A DNA stretch of 64,000 nt from an uncultured Solirubrobacterales bacterium (GTDB taxonomy: Bacteria; Actinomycetota; Thermoleophilia; Solirubrobacterales; Solirubrobacteraceae). Below, piece after piece: positions 9,095-20,529 of the stretch. The stretch is taken from contig CAVZPU010000003.1 in NCBI GenBank assembly GCA_963777185.1, forward strand, positions 12,865 through 76,864. The letters are read 5' to 3'. The number at the start of each line of letters is the position of its first letter. Within the stretch, counting starts at the first letter, position 1. The notes beneath the pieces are model-generated. The model had not been told where the DNA came from. It did not search any database and saw only the letters and a list, made by a program, of their open reading frames with translations. Both the position numbers and the translations under genes were made by a program.

Positions 9095-10884
9095 CGTCGA
9101 GCGCCGCCATCGTCGCCTTCCTCCGGGCGGAGGGGGCCGGCGAGCAGCGCCACGGCGGCGGGCGAAGCCTCCTGGCCCACCTCGAGGAGACGGCCGCCAT
9201 CGTCGAGCGCTGGGAGCAGCCGCCGTGGCTGGTCCACGCCGCCCTGATCCACAGTGTCTATGGCACCGACGCCTACCGCCACCAGCTTGTGCCCCAGTCC
9301 CGGCGGGCCGAGGTCGCGGAGGTCGCCGGGGAGCGAGCCGAGCTCCTGGCCCACCGCTTCTCGGTCACACCGCGCACGCCCCTGCTCTCCGGGCGGTCCG
9401 AGACGGAGGACCGCGACGCCCTCATCCTCCTGCACATGGCCAACCTGGCCGAGCAGGCCCGGGCCCCCGATGGGTCACCGGGACGGTGGCTCGTGCGGCT
9501 GCGCGAGCTCGCCGAGCTGCTGCTCGAAAGCACGTTGGTCCGCTTGCCGCTCTTTCTGGCCGAGCTGGCCACGTTCACCGAGGCTGACGAGGCACAGACC
9601 GCGCGGGCCTACGGTGCCGGCATCCGACGCGGCGATGACCCGCCGGGCGCGGCCAGCCGGCTCGCCCTGGCGGCGGCGCTCTGTCCGGTGGTGGGCGAGC
9701 CGTGCGTCTGGCAGGCCTATCTGGCTCGGTGCCGGGGCGACGTCGATTCGGCCCGCCGGTGGGCGGCCAGTGCGCGCCGGCGGCTGCTGGCGCTGGGAAC
9801 GGCGTGGGACAAGCGCCTCACCTTCGCCGAGTGGCTCGAGCTCAGCGGCGCGCTGGCACGCGCCGAGGATGTGGCCTGCGGCGACGCGGTTATCTCCGAC
9901 CCCCGTCGCCTGTTCGAGGCCACCACGGCTACGGCGGCCCGCGTCCCGAGACGAGCGAGCGGCCCCGAGCGCTTTCATCGCTACGTCGAGACCTTCGGGG
10001 ACGCCGTGCTCGGAGGCACCTATCCCGACCTCCCCAGTCAGCCTTGGTACGACGCCCGGGAGTTTGCCCTCGTGGGCTACCTCGAGGCTCACTACGAGTC
10101 CATCCGGGCCGAGGTCACCGCCCTCGAGGGCTTTCGCTTTCACTCAGAGAGCGAGCGCATCCCCCGCTCGGGCGCCTGGGACGTGGCCTTCTTCTACGAG
10201 CGCGGGCGCCGCCACGCCGAGATCTGCCAGGCCTGTCCGGTGATCACCCGGGGGATCGAGTCGTACGAGACGGTGCGGACCATGGCCGGCCTCATCTACG
10301 TCTCGCGCCTGCGCGGTCGCACCCACATCGCGGCCCACCGGGGGCCGACGAACCTGCGCCTGCGCTGCCATCTGGGCATCGAGGTGCCCGACGGCGACTG
10401 TGCCATCCGGGTGGGCGAGGAGACGCGGCGCTGGCAGGAGGGCCACTGCCTGGTCTTCGACGACTCCTTCGAGCACGAGGCGTGGAATCACACGGAGTCT
10501 GACCGCATCGTCCTCATCGTCGATCTGTGGCACCCGGAGCTCTCGGCGGCGGAGGTGCGGCGGCTCGAAGGCCTGCATGCCTACACCGGCGCCCACGCGC
10601 GACGGCTGAGCCGGTACTGGGAGGCGAACGCCGCCGCTCGCCGCGGACGCCCAGGCGACTACCAGTCGCCCCCGTCGCCTCCGTCGCCCCAGCCACCGTC
10701 ACCGTCCCCGCCGTCCCCCCAGCCGCCGCCGCCATCGCCGCCATCGCCCCAGCCGCCGTCTCCATCGCCGTCGCCGCCGAACAGGCCGCCCACCAGGTCT
10801 TCGCCCAGCCCCAGCCCCGCGCCGAGCGCCGAGCCCATCAGCAGCGTCGAGAACAGGCCGCCGCCGCCGAACCCGTTGAAGTAG
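9091..10884 (+). CDS. DUF6817/TPR-like protein fused to an aspartyl/asparaginyl beta-hydroxylase domain
   Basis: N-term LLAHL...AALIHSVYGT; mid PVVGEP...GTAWDKRLTFAEWL; C-term HRGPTNLRLRCHLG, FDDSFEHEAWN, RIVLIVDLWHPEL; GTGA overlap with the HAD gene; the Pro-rich tail is the antisense of the next gene. Confidence 0.8.
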   Translation: MTSSAAIVAFLRAEGAGEQRHGGGRSLLAHLEETAAIVERWEQPPWLVHAALIHSVYGTDAYRHQLVPQSRRAEVAEVAGERAELLAHRFSVTPRTPLLSGRSETEDRDALILLHMANLAEQARAPDGSPGRWLVRLRELAELLLESTLVRLPLFLAELATFTEADEAQTARAYGAGIRRGDDPPGAASRLALAAALCPVVGEPCVWQAYLARCRGDVDSARRWAASARRRLLALGTAWDKRLTFAEWLELSGALARAEDVACGDAVISDPRRLFEATTATAARVPRRASGPERFHRYVETFGDAVLGGTYPDLPSQPWYDAREFALVGYLEAHYESIRAEVTALEGFRFHSESERIPRSGAWDVAFFYERGRRHAEICQACPVITRGIESYETVRTMAGLIYVSRLRGRTHIAAHRGPTNLRLRCHLGIEVPDGDCAIRVGEETRRWQEGHCLVFDDSFEHEAWNHTESDRIVLIVDLWHPELSAAEVRRLEGLHAYTGAHARRLSRYWEANAAARRGRPGDYQSPPSPPSPQPPSPSPPSPQPPPPSPPSPQPPSPSPSPPNRPPTRSSPSPSPAPSAEPISSVENRPPPPNPLK

Positions 10885-11420
10885 CCACCCGCCCACGGGC
10901 CGTAGTGACGGGGAGCGTTCCAGTACTCGGTCGGCCGGCCGTTGACCACGACCTGGCGGCCGTGGGGCGTAAACCCCTCTTTGATCCGCAGCGCGTCGGC
11001 GGCGCAGGCGGGAACCGGTCGCGACGCGCCCCCCGGCGGCGCCCACTCGACGTCCTCGGTCGAGGGGCCGTGCCGGGGATCGAAGAAACAGGGTGCCCGA
11101 CGTTGCGGCGGCGGGCGGCCCTCGAGCAGCGCCTTGGCATACGACATGGCAAAGCGGCCCTCCTCGAGCGTCTCGCTGACCGGAGCGAGATCCGCGGGCG
11201 CCTTGGCCCGGTCAAAGACCTGGCTGGCTCGCTGGTAGGCCTCAAGGGCTTGCTCGTAGCGCTGCTTGGCCTCCGTCGAGACGCCCGGCATCTGAATGTC
11301 GACATCGAGGGAGCGGATGTCGTCGCCCAGGGCCACCAGGTCCTCCTGGGCCGATTCGCGCACCTCTTCCCACTCGCGCTCGTGCCGCGTCTTATGTCCG
11401 AAGAAGGGCACCAGCGGCAA
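10659..11420 (-). CDS. Conserved actinobacterial hypothetical protein with Gly/Asp-rich tail
   Basis: PCFFDPRHGPS...VPACAADA motif; GDGG(W) repeats at the C-terminus; start uncertain (11420 or 11411). Confidence 0.75.
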   Translation of the reverse strand: MPLVPFFGHKTRHEREWEEVRESAQEDLVALGDDIRSLDVDIQMPGVSTEAKQRYEQALEAYQRASQVFDRAKAPADLAPVSETLEEGRFAMSYAKALLEGRPPPQRRAPCFFDPRHGPSTEDVEWAPPGGASRPVPACAADALRIKEGFTPHGRQVVVNGRPTEYWNAPRHYGPWAGGYFNGFGGGGLFSTLLMGSALGAGLGLGEDLVGGLFGGDGDGDGGWGDGGDGGGGWGDGGDGDGGWGDGGDGGDW

Positions 11421-11437
11421 CGATACCCGGCGACCAC

Positions 11438-11507
11438 GGCGCGACCCGGCCGGCGCGACCCGGCCGGCGCGACCCAGGCCGGCGCGACCCGGCCGGCGCG
11501 CACCCGG
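11438..11507. repeat. 14-bp tandem repeat (ggcgcgacccggcc) x~5
   Basis: Units start at 11438, 11452, 11466 (+1 nt), 11481 and 11495 (degenerate). Confidence 0.85.
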
Positions 11508-11508
11508 A

Positions 11509-12255
11509 TCAGGCGGCGGGCGTCACGGAGTCACAGCGGCTCGCCGACCCGGTCCGCTCGCCGAGCTCGATCGCGCGCACCGCCCGCAGGTGCCGGGCGA
11601 GCGCCGGGCCCGACACGGGCCCGGCGGGAAGCTCGACCACGAACGCCGTCGTGCCGGGAAAGGTGTGGTTTGACCATGACGTCGCTTCGCCCGAGAGGGA
11701 GGTCAGGCACGTCGGCTCGAGGCCGGCCAGCTGGGCGTAGCGGCGGGCCACACCCCGGTCTCCGCCCGACAGGTCGACGAGGTCCATGTGCTGGTGGTAC
11801 CAGATGGTCACCGCCGGGTGCAGCCGCCGGATGAACCGCATCGCCGCTCGGGTCTCGGGTTCGGAGGCGGCAAACGGCCCCGAGTCGTAGGTGGGGTCGC
11901 TGATCGGCTGCCACTGGTAGGGAAAGTTCCGGTTGAGGTCAATCCCGTGGGCGTTCTGCCGGGTATCGGCGGCTGTCCCGTCAGGATTCATCTCGGGTAC
12001 CAGCCAGAGCTGAACTCCGCGAGGAACATGCCTCCGGCGCAGGGCGGTGGTGATGGCCAGGCCGGCGCACTCATTGCCATGGATGCAGCCGACGATGAGG
12101 ATCTTCCGACGGGCCTGAGCCGGCCCGAAGCTCCAAGCGACGATGGGGCGACCCTGCACGGAGCGGCCGATGACCAGGCGCTTGGCCAGCGCGGCCGGCG
12201 CCCCCACAAGGCCCAGAACGGCACCCAGCGCGATGGCGCGCCGCGCCCTCACCAC
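11509..12255 (-). CDS. Secreted M14 zinc carboxypeptidase (MpaA/DUF2817-like)
   Basis: Signal peptide; IHGNE, NPDG, RQNAHGIDLNRNFP, SEPET, WYHQ, VVELP. Confidence 0.88.
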   Translation of the reverse strand: MVRARRAIALGAVLGLVGAPAALAKRLVIGRSVQGRPIVAWSFGPAQARRKILIVGCIHGNECAGLAITTALRRRHVPRGVQLWLVPEMNPDGTAADTRQNAHGIDLNRNFPYQWQPISDPTYDSGPFAASEPETRAAMRFIRRLHPAVTIWYHQHMDLVDLSGGDRGVARRYAQLAGLEPTCLTSLSGEATSWSNHTFPGTTAFVVELPAGPVSGPALARHLRAVRAIELGERTGSASRCDSVTPAA

Positions 12256-13798
12256 GGCCCCAGGGATCTCGCGGCGAGGCCCCTCACCTCCTCGTGAACC
12301 TGATCGCGCACTGTGGCGGCGCCGTAGCGGACTTCCGATGCGGGACCGACCAGGGTGAGGGGAAAGCTGGCGGTGAACTTGTGCAGGAGATCGGCATACA
12401 CGGCCACGACGCGATGCGTCCCGGGGGCGATGTCCGATGTCGGCAGCGCGTAGGCCGCCGTGGCGGTGGCGCCGTCACGAGTGGCCAGCGGCGCGGAGGC
12501 GCCGAGCAGCGTGCCGGGCGCCGGGCGATCGAGGTAGAACATGACCCGGCCCGTCGCCGCGGGCATGAGCTCCGTTGGGGTGAAGGACCCGCGGGGAACG
12601 CTGACCGTGCCGGTGACCGAGGGGTCCTCGGTGGGGGCCGGGTTGGCGGGCAGGGCCGGGGTCGTCGCCCCGCAGGCGGACAGCCACTCCGAGGCGGGGA
12701 GAAGATCACGGGCGGGCAGGCTGGGCGGCACGGGGTGGTGGGTCAGCACGTCGTAGGCCGGACGCGGCGATCCATCGGCGGAGGCGAACAAGCTGCTGTC
12801 CACCGGCCCCCACTCCAGCAGTGGAGGTTGGCCACCTCGGGCGTGTAGTAGAAGAGCCCGTCGATGCGGGGGTCGACGGAGGGCAGAGTGAGAAACGTCC
12901 GTGCCGAGGCGATCTGCGCCTGCCGGGTGGCCGCGATCCCCGCCGGCGCGCCCGACCGGGCGGCGGGCAGCGCGCTCGTGTTGGCACACTGGGGCCAGTG
13001 GTCGAGCCGGACCCCGAGCTCGGTCAGCCAGACATGCCGGACCGTCGCCGCGCCCATGACGGCATCGATGTGACTAAGGAAGTCCGAGGTCACCGTCGTG
13101 CTCGCGCACTGCACGTCGTAGTAGGGATGCAGGGCCCACACGCTCGGCGCCGGCGTGGCGCCCAGGCCGGCGTGGAGCGCCTGGGCGTACTGGTAGGGGT
13201 ACCAGCCCGGACCGGATCCCCCGCCGTTGCCCGCGGAGCCGTTGACCATCCCGAACTCACCGGCCACGATCGTCTCGCCGGCGGGGATCCCGTAGCGGGC
13301 GGGGTGAGCAGCCATCGCCTCGGCGTCGATCCACAGCCGCGCGGCGAGCGACGGTCCGCCGCCGGAGGCGTTGGTCACCACCGCGGCATCCTCGGGTTCG
13401 TTCTGGGGCGACCACACGCGGATGCCGGGGTAGGCGGTCATCAACCGCTTCAGCGAGGAGCGTAGGTAGGCCTCGGTGTCGCCCCGGTGACCGCACGGGT
13501 CGGTGTCGTGGCAGGTCAGGACGACATACAGGTTGCCCTGACCCAGGCCGAGCGGAGCCATCGCGGCCAGGTTGCCGGCGATGATCGCCTTCGCGGGCAC
13601 GCAGTCCGCGCCGCAGTAGGGCACCACGGTCCGGATCTCCGTGGCGTGGTAGCCCGAGGCGGCGAAGAGGGGACTGCCGGGCGGATGGGGGAAGTTCCAC
13701 GTCGTCACGGCGAGGCCCCAGCGCACGGCGCCCTGCGCCGGCGCCGCGCCAACGGCCACGACCACGGTCGCGGCCAGGATTGCCACCAGGTGTCTCAT
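12249..13798 (-). CDS. Secreted glycoside hydrolase-like protein with C-terminal Ig-like domain (one frameshift near 12820)
   Basis: Signal peptide MRHLVAILAA; QNEPE, WALHPY, VWLTELG, RIDGLFYY; continues in another frame with DSSLF...GSPRPAYDVL and GTHRVVAVY. Confidence 0.65.
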
Positions 13799-13927
13799 TG
13801 GTGTGCGCCGATTGCGATGCCCTCGTGGCCCCCCGCCGATCCGGGCCCAACCATAGCGCCGCCGCTGTGCCATGATCGCGGCCGTCAGCACCGCAATACC
13901 GCGGCCGACGACGGGAAGGGACCGGCG

Positions 13928-14665
13928 ATGAAACTGATCGGAGCGGGGCTGCCTCGGACGGGAACGCTCTCCCAGAAGGTGGCGCTCGAGATGGTGGGCC
14001 TTGGCCCTTGTTACCACATGGTCAACGTCCTCGGTGACCTCAGCCAGGTGGACACCTGGCGTGCCGCCTTTACGGGCGGCGTTGACTTCCGACAGGTGTT
14101 CGGCGGCTTTCAGTCGACCGTGGACTGGCCCGGCGCCTACTTCTACCGCGAGCTCATGGACGCCTTCCCAGAGGCCAAGGTCCTCTTGAGCATCCGCGAC
14201 GGTGAGGCCTGGGAGCGGAGCATGCGCGAGACCATCTGGGGCGTGCTCTACGGCGATCAGCTCATGACCGATATGTCGCAGGCCCGGTGCCGCGTCGATG
14301 CGAGCTGGCGGGGCTACATGGAGCTGATGGAGGAGATGTGGCAGCGCAGCGGCCTGCTCGGCACCGGCAAGGCGGCCGGGGCCGGCGAGCTCGCCGAGGC
14401 CATGGAGCGCTACAACACCCAAGTCATCGCCGACGTCCCCCCCGAGCGCCTGCTCGTCTGGTCGGTGAAGGACGGCTGGGGACCGCTGTGCGCCTTCCTG
14501 GGCCTCGATGTGCCGGCGGCGCCGTTTCCCCGCCTCAACGACAGCGAGGAGTTCCGGGGCCGGATCATCGACGGAGCGCTCATCGAGCTGCGCCAGTGGC
14601 GCGAGCGGGTCACGGCCGGCGAGCCGGCGGTCGAGACAGCGCCCCGGGTGCCGCTGGCCGAGTAG
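13928..14665 (+). CDS. Sulfotransferase family protein (Sulfotransfer_4-like)
   Basis: IGAGLPRTGTLS, GPCYHM, STVDWP, VPPERLL, GWGPLCAFLG, PFPRLN. Confidence 0.9.
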   Translation: MKLIGAGLPRTGTLSQKVALEMVGLGPCYHMVNVLGDLSQVDTWRAAFTGGVDFRQVFGGFQSTVDWPGAYFYRELMDAFPEAKVLLSIRDGEAWERSMRETIWGVLYGDQLMTDMSQARCRVDASWRGYMELMEEMWQRSGLLGTGKAAGAGELAEAMERYNTQVIADVPPERLLVWSVKDGWGPLCAFLGLDVPAAPFPRLNDSEEFRGRIIDGALIELRQWRERVTAGEPAVETAPRVPLAE

Positions 14666-14686
14666 CCGAAGCCACGACGGAGTGAG

Positions 14687-15715
14687 TTAGGGCGCGTCGC
14701 TCATCTCGGGGCGTGGACGTACCCGGACGGCTCGCTCGCCGATCGAGAAGCTGGGTGGAGTGGGCCTCTTGACGGCGGCCCGACAGAACTCGCGGTTGCG
14801 CCGAGTCTGCTCCCGGTAGGCCGTGGGCAGGCCATTCATTCGCAGCAGGCGGTCGCAGGCGGTCAGAGCCGCGGCCGGGTCACCGACGTAGTAGGCCGCG
14901 ATCGAGTACTCGAACAGCGCGCCCCAGCGGTAGATCCACGGCTCGAACGAAGAGGATGTCGGCAGGTACGGGCCGGTCCAGCGACGGAGCACAAACAGGT
15001 GGCCGGCCTCGTGGGCCTCGCGCTCGCGGTATCCGAGGGCCAGGTGGTAAAGCGGTTCGATCCGCGCGGGCCGGTAGTTCCACGCCTCGAGCAACGCGGG
15101 CACTGCTTGCGTCCAGTTGCCGAGCTTCGCCGAGAAGTACGCCCACCTGGTGCAGCGAGTAGAAGACCTCCTCGTCCCAGCCGCCGAGCGCCGCCGCTGC
15201 CGGTAGCTCTCGATGGCACGCTCGGTCTGGCCGAGGTCGCGGTACGTCTGCGCCAGGTAGAACCGGTCGCGGGCGTTCTCGGGCTCGCGCTCGAGGGCCT
15301 GCTCGAGCAGTTCGGCGTCGCGCTGCCAGCGCCGCGCCCGTCCCACGCCGCCGTCGGCCCAGTTGGTGATGAACGCTGCCTCGAGCGTCCGTTCGGTGGA
15401 CGGCCCCGCGCCGGTGGCGGCGTTGACTGGAAAGCCGCCGTAGTGGACGTTGCCCTTGCTATCTGTGGCTGTCACCGTGAACGGGATCTGCCGCCCCGAG
15501 GCCAGCGTCGCGGTACAGGTGAACACCGCGCCCTTCCTGGCCGTAACACCCTTGGGGCACTGCACGATCGAGAGCTCGTGCTTCTGCTGGGCGATGCTCA
15601 CCGCGATCGCGGTCTGGAGGTTGCCCTGATCGATCGTGGTGGTCTTACTGTCACCACAACCGCCGAGCGCGGTGGCAGCGATTGCTGCCACCAGCGCCAG
15701 CTTACCTTTCAGCAT
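14687..15715 (-). pseudogene. Chimeric ORF: DUF4333-like lipoprotein joined to the TPR C-terminus of a GT2-TPR glycosyltransferase (internal frameshifts)
   Basis: Lipobox LGGC, VQCP...AVFTCTAT; then DGG...RDAELLE...RFYLAQTYRDLG, GWDEEVFYS (alternate frame), RPARIEPLY, EYSIAAYY. Confidence 0.6.
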
Positions 15716-15736
15716 CGTCCCCCTGACGCACAGTCG

Positions 15737-16879
<1,143 letters not shown>

Positions 16880-16935
16880 CTACCGGTGTGCCGCCCTCGG
16901 TGTCAACCAAATTTTTAGGTCGTTGAGCGGCCCCC

Positions 16936-17975
16936 TCAGGCCGCCCACCCGTGCATCTCATCGTGGCCGCTGGCCCCGGCCCCGAGCACGGGGTGGGACT
17001 CGAGGGCCGGTGAGTAGCGGCTGGCCGGCGTCACCCGCCCGAGAGCCTCGGCCATCGCGCGCACGTGGTGAGGGGCGCCGCCGCAGCAGACGCCCACGTA
17101 GTTGATCCCCGCGGCCGCGGCCCAGCGGGCGAAGTCGGCCATCTCGAACCTCGTGCAGGCGAAGGGCTCGAGCTCAAGCGGGAACGCGTGGGCGCCCTCG
17201 CGGGTCGTGAGGGACTCAAAGGCCGGGCTGGCCGCCGTGGTCCGGTAGGGGACGGGTTGCGCGGCCACCGCGCAGTCGACCCCGGCCCGGATCTCGCTCA
17301 GCAGCGGCTGCATCGTCTCCGGTCCGCGTGAGCAGTTGAGGCCGACGATCGTCGCCCCCGCATCGGCCAGCCGCCGGCAGGCCTCGACGTAGGGATAGCC
17401 GTCGTAGGTCATGGCCGGCTGCACGGTGGCGAAGGTGACCATCGCCGGCAAGGCCGAGGCTCGCGCGACACCTCCAGGCCGATCAGCGCCTCGCCGAGGT
17501 AGTCGTTGGTCTCGGCGATGACGAAGTCCACGCCCTCCTGCACCGCCCAGCCCAGCTGCTCCTCGTACTGGGCGCGGACGATGGCGCCGGTGCGCCGCGC
17601 GTCGGCGGGGTCATAGGACCACGTGTTGGAGATGTTGGCCGCGACCAGGGCGCCGCCCTCGCGGGCCACCTGGTTGGCCAGGCGCACCGCGGTGCGGTTC
17701 ATCTCCTCGAGATCGCCCTCGCGGCCCACCGCCTGGAGCTTGTCGCGGTGGGCGTAGTAGGTGAGCGCCACCATAACGTCGGCGCCGGCGCGCAGGAACT
17801 CGCGATGGAGCTGCAGCGACGGCCTCCGGGCGCGTCGAGGATGACCTCGGGTACGAACGGGCCGGCCTTGATGTAGCCGCGGCGCTCGAGCTCGAACACG
17901 TAGCCCTCGGCGCCGACAACGACGCCCTCAGAAAGGCGCTGGCGCAGCGTCCGCGGACGAGGGACGATCCGGCAT
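16936..17975 (-). CDS. Betaine-homocysteine S-methyltransferase (BHMT)-clade enzyme (frameshifted)
   Basis: [40 protein letters not shown], Zn ligands GLNC and [15 protein letters not shown]; AAAGGAG SD; stitched across several frames. Confidence 0.85.
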
Positions 17976-19132
17976 CGCGGGACTCCTTTCATGAACCGGG
18001 CCGGGTCGAAGCGGCCGATGTCGTAGACCGTGCCCCGCTGCAGCGCGAGCTCGGCGAGCACGCGGCCGACCCAGGGCGCGAACTTGTAGCCCGTACCGCG
18101 CCAGCCGACGCCAACGTGCGCGCCCGGAAAGTCGGGCACGGGTCCGAGGACGAACTCGTCGTCGGCGACCAGGTCGTAGTCGCAGCCGTCGTAGTCGGCG
18201 CACCGGCTCGCTGCGGGCGTCGCGCAGGCCGGGCAGGCAGTGCTCGACGAACGCGGCGACGCTGTCGATCGCGGTGGTCGAGCGGGGCAGGTCGGGCGGG
18301 TGGTAGTAGCCGATCTTGACCTTATCGACGAGGCCCTCGACGATCGGGTGGCAGTAGATGCCGGCGTCGAGATAGGCGATGACGGGCATGGCCGCGGAGC
18401 GTGAACTGGGGGCGCGGCGCCTCCGGCGGCGTGAAGTACCGCGCCTCGAGCGGACGGTCGCGGGTGATCGGCACGTGGAGGCGTGAGCCCTCGAGGCGGC
18501 CAGTACGTCGTTGGTGCCGTGGCCGGCGGTGATGACCAGCGAGCGCGCCGTGAGCTCCTCCGGCGTCGGGTGATGACGCGGATGAGCGCGCCGGTCGCGC
18601 ACGGGCAGCCTGCACCGTGACCTCCTCGACGATCCGCACCCCCCGCTCGCTCAGCGTGCGGAGCAGGGCCGCCGTGACCGCGGGGAGGTTGACCACGCCG
18701 CCGTCGAGGTCGACGTGCGCGAGGTCCGCGTCGAGGTAGGGGTAGCGCTCGCGCAGCGCGGCGGCGTCGTAAGACACCGACGGGCAGGCCCAGCTGATCG
18801 AGCACGCCCTGGGCAGCTCGGCGTAGGTGGTCTCAAGATCCGGGGTCACCGAGCGCTTGGCGATGTTCATGCAGCCGCAGCGCTCGAGCACTTCGGTCCC
18901 GGTTCGTGGCCTCGAAGTCCCGCCACAGCCGCAGGGCCTCACGCGCCAGGCGGGCGTAGCCGGGATCGAGGTAGTCGCTGCGGTAGGAGCGGGTACGGCC
19001 GAACGAGGCGGTCATCGGGTCGCCCAATGCGCCCGCGCTCGAGCACGGCGATGCGCTGAAGCGCCCCGAGGCGTGATAGGCGGTGAACAGACCCATCACG
19101 CCGCCGCCGATGATGACCAGGTCTTCGGTCAT
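17972..19132 (-). CDS. FAD-dependent oxidase, monomeric sarcosine oxidase / N-methyl amino acid oxidase family (frameshifted)
   Basis: [21 protein letters not shown]...[34 protein letters not shown]; ATGA overlap with the upstream gene; 3' end approximate. Confidence 0.82.
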
Positions 19133-19651
19133 GCCGCCATGAGCTCCAGCGGCCGCAGCTCGTCGGCGTAGGAGACCGAGACGCGGTGCAGCGCGCCGTC
19201 GTCGTCGACCGTGTACTGCCCAGGCGCCACAGGGGGGCCGAGTAGGCGTGGATGGAGACCGCGCAGCTCGACCTCGCAGACCAGGCGGTGGATGCGGCGA
19301 GGGGTCGAACGAGAAGCGCTCACCCGCTGCGGTACTTCTGCCGCCGCTCGGGGGCGCCGAGGCGCAGCTCGCTACTCGACCAGCGCGCCCTCGACGACGC
19401 GGACGGCGCCGCTGGAGGTGTCGTGGTCGTGCCAGCCGGTGTCGTTGCCCGGCCGCCAGAAGATCGCCCACACGTCGACCTGTGCATCGCGGTGCAGCGA
19501 CGCGTACATGCGCTCGGTGGCGGCGCGGTCGATGTGGGGCTCCCACAGCTCGGGGCGAGCGGCCACGTGGCTGACCACGCGCTCGAGCGCCGCCCGCGTC
19601 AGGGTGTCGCTGGTGATACGGTCAGGTCTTCAAGCAGGGAGTCAAACAGGG
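19129..19651 (-). CDS. Cysteine dioxygenase-like thiol dioxygenase (candidate ergothioneine dioxygenase; frameshifted)
   Basis: VDVWAIFWRPGNDTGWHDHD, IHRL, SIHAYS, GQYTVDDDG; start approximate. Confidence 0.8.
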
Positions 19652-20529
19652 CCTCCTTCATAGTCGGCGCGAGAAGGCGCGCGGGGTTGCGGAATTCGAA
19701 GGCGTGGCGCGCGGCGGGGTCGAGCGCCAGCGGCGGCGGGCTCCGCGTACGGCCGGTCCGAGCCGTGGCAGATGACGTCGACGCCGAGCACGCGCAGCAC
19801 GGCGTCGACGGCCTGGGTGCCGTAGGAGGAGGTCTCCACGAAGGTGAGCGGATCGACGGGCACGTCAGCGACCGCCGCGGGCCCGGTGGCGCTCGCCGTG
19901 CAGCGGGACCTAGGCCGGCCAGCGCGGCGAAGCAGACCGGCAGCCGGGGAAAGCGGGCGCGCCCGCGGTCCGCCCAGGCCCACCAGGCGCCGTGCAGCTG
20001 GTTGACGTAGGAGACCGTCGGCGTCCACCAGGCAGGGCGGCGGGCCTCCTGGCCGGCGGTCGGGCCGGGGTGGACGAGCACCGGCCGCTCGCCGAGCGCG
20101 TCGAACAGGGGCGCCAGCCGGTCCAGGCCGTCCGGTGCCGCCAACGTATCGGCGGCCACCTCGAGTCCGACCGCGCCCCGATCGAGGGCGCTGACCAGCG
20201 TGGCAGGATCGGGCTCGAGCACGCCGGCCGTGGCCCAGGGCCGAAACGGTTCCCCCAGCCCCACGACGCCCTCCAGCCACGCCTCGGCCAGCTCGCGCGC
20301 CTCCTCGGGCGCGAGGCGGTCGATGCCCGAGAGCCGCCGAGGGGGCGAGGCAGATCAGATCGTGCCCGATGGCCCGAACTTCGGGGTCGTGCAGGGCGGG
20401 GTCGATCTCGTAGCGGTCACCGCCGTAGAGCTCGAGCGTCCAGCCCTCGAGGCGTGGCGGGCGGCGCCGGGCGCGCAGAGCCTCGACAAAGGGGGACGGC
20501 CATAGGTGTTGATGGACGTCGATGGGCAT
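19642..20529 (-). CDS. Amidohydrolase-superfamily enzyme (candidate ergothioneine sulfinate desulfinase; frameshifted)
   Basis: IDVHQHLWP, PVLVHPG, CFAALAGL, FVETSSYG, GSDRPY. Confidence 0.8.
   Translation of the reverse strand: MPIDVHQHLWPSPFVEALRARRRPPRLEGWTLELYGGDRYEIDPALHDPEVRAIGHDLICLAPSAALGHRPPRARGGARAGRGVAGGRRGAGGTVSALGHGRRARARSCHAGQRPRSGRGRTRGGRRYVGGTGRPGPAGAPVRRARRAAGARPPRPDRRPGGPPPCLVDADGLLRQPAARRLVGLGGPRARPLSPAAGLLRRAGRPRSRCTASATGPAAVADVPVDPLTFVETSSYGTQAVDAVLRVLGVDVICHGSDRPYAEPAAAGARPRRAPRLRIPQPRAPSRADYEGGPV

Noticed and set aside
17699-18805. Apparent oxidase-BHMT fusion in one ORF
   Set aside because: An SD and ATG at 17975 indicate a separate gene; the read-through is best explained by local indels.
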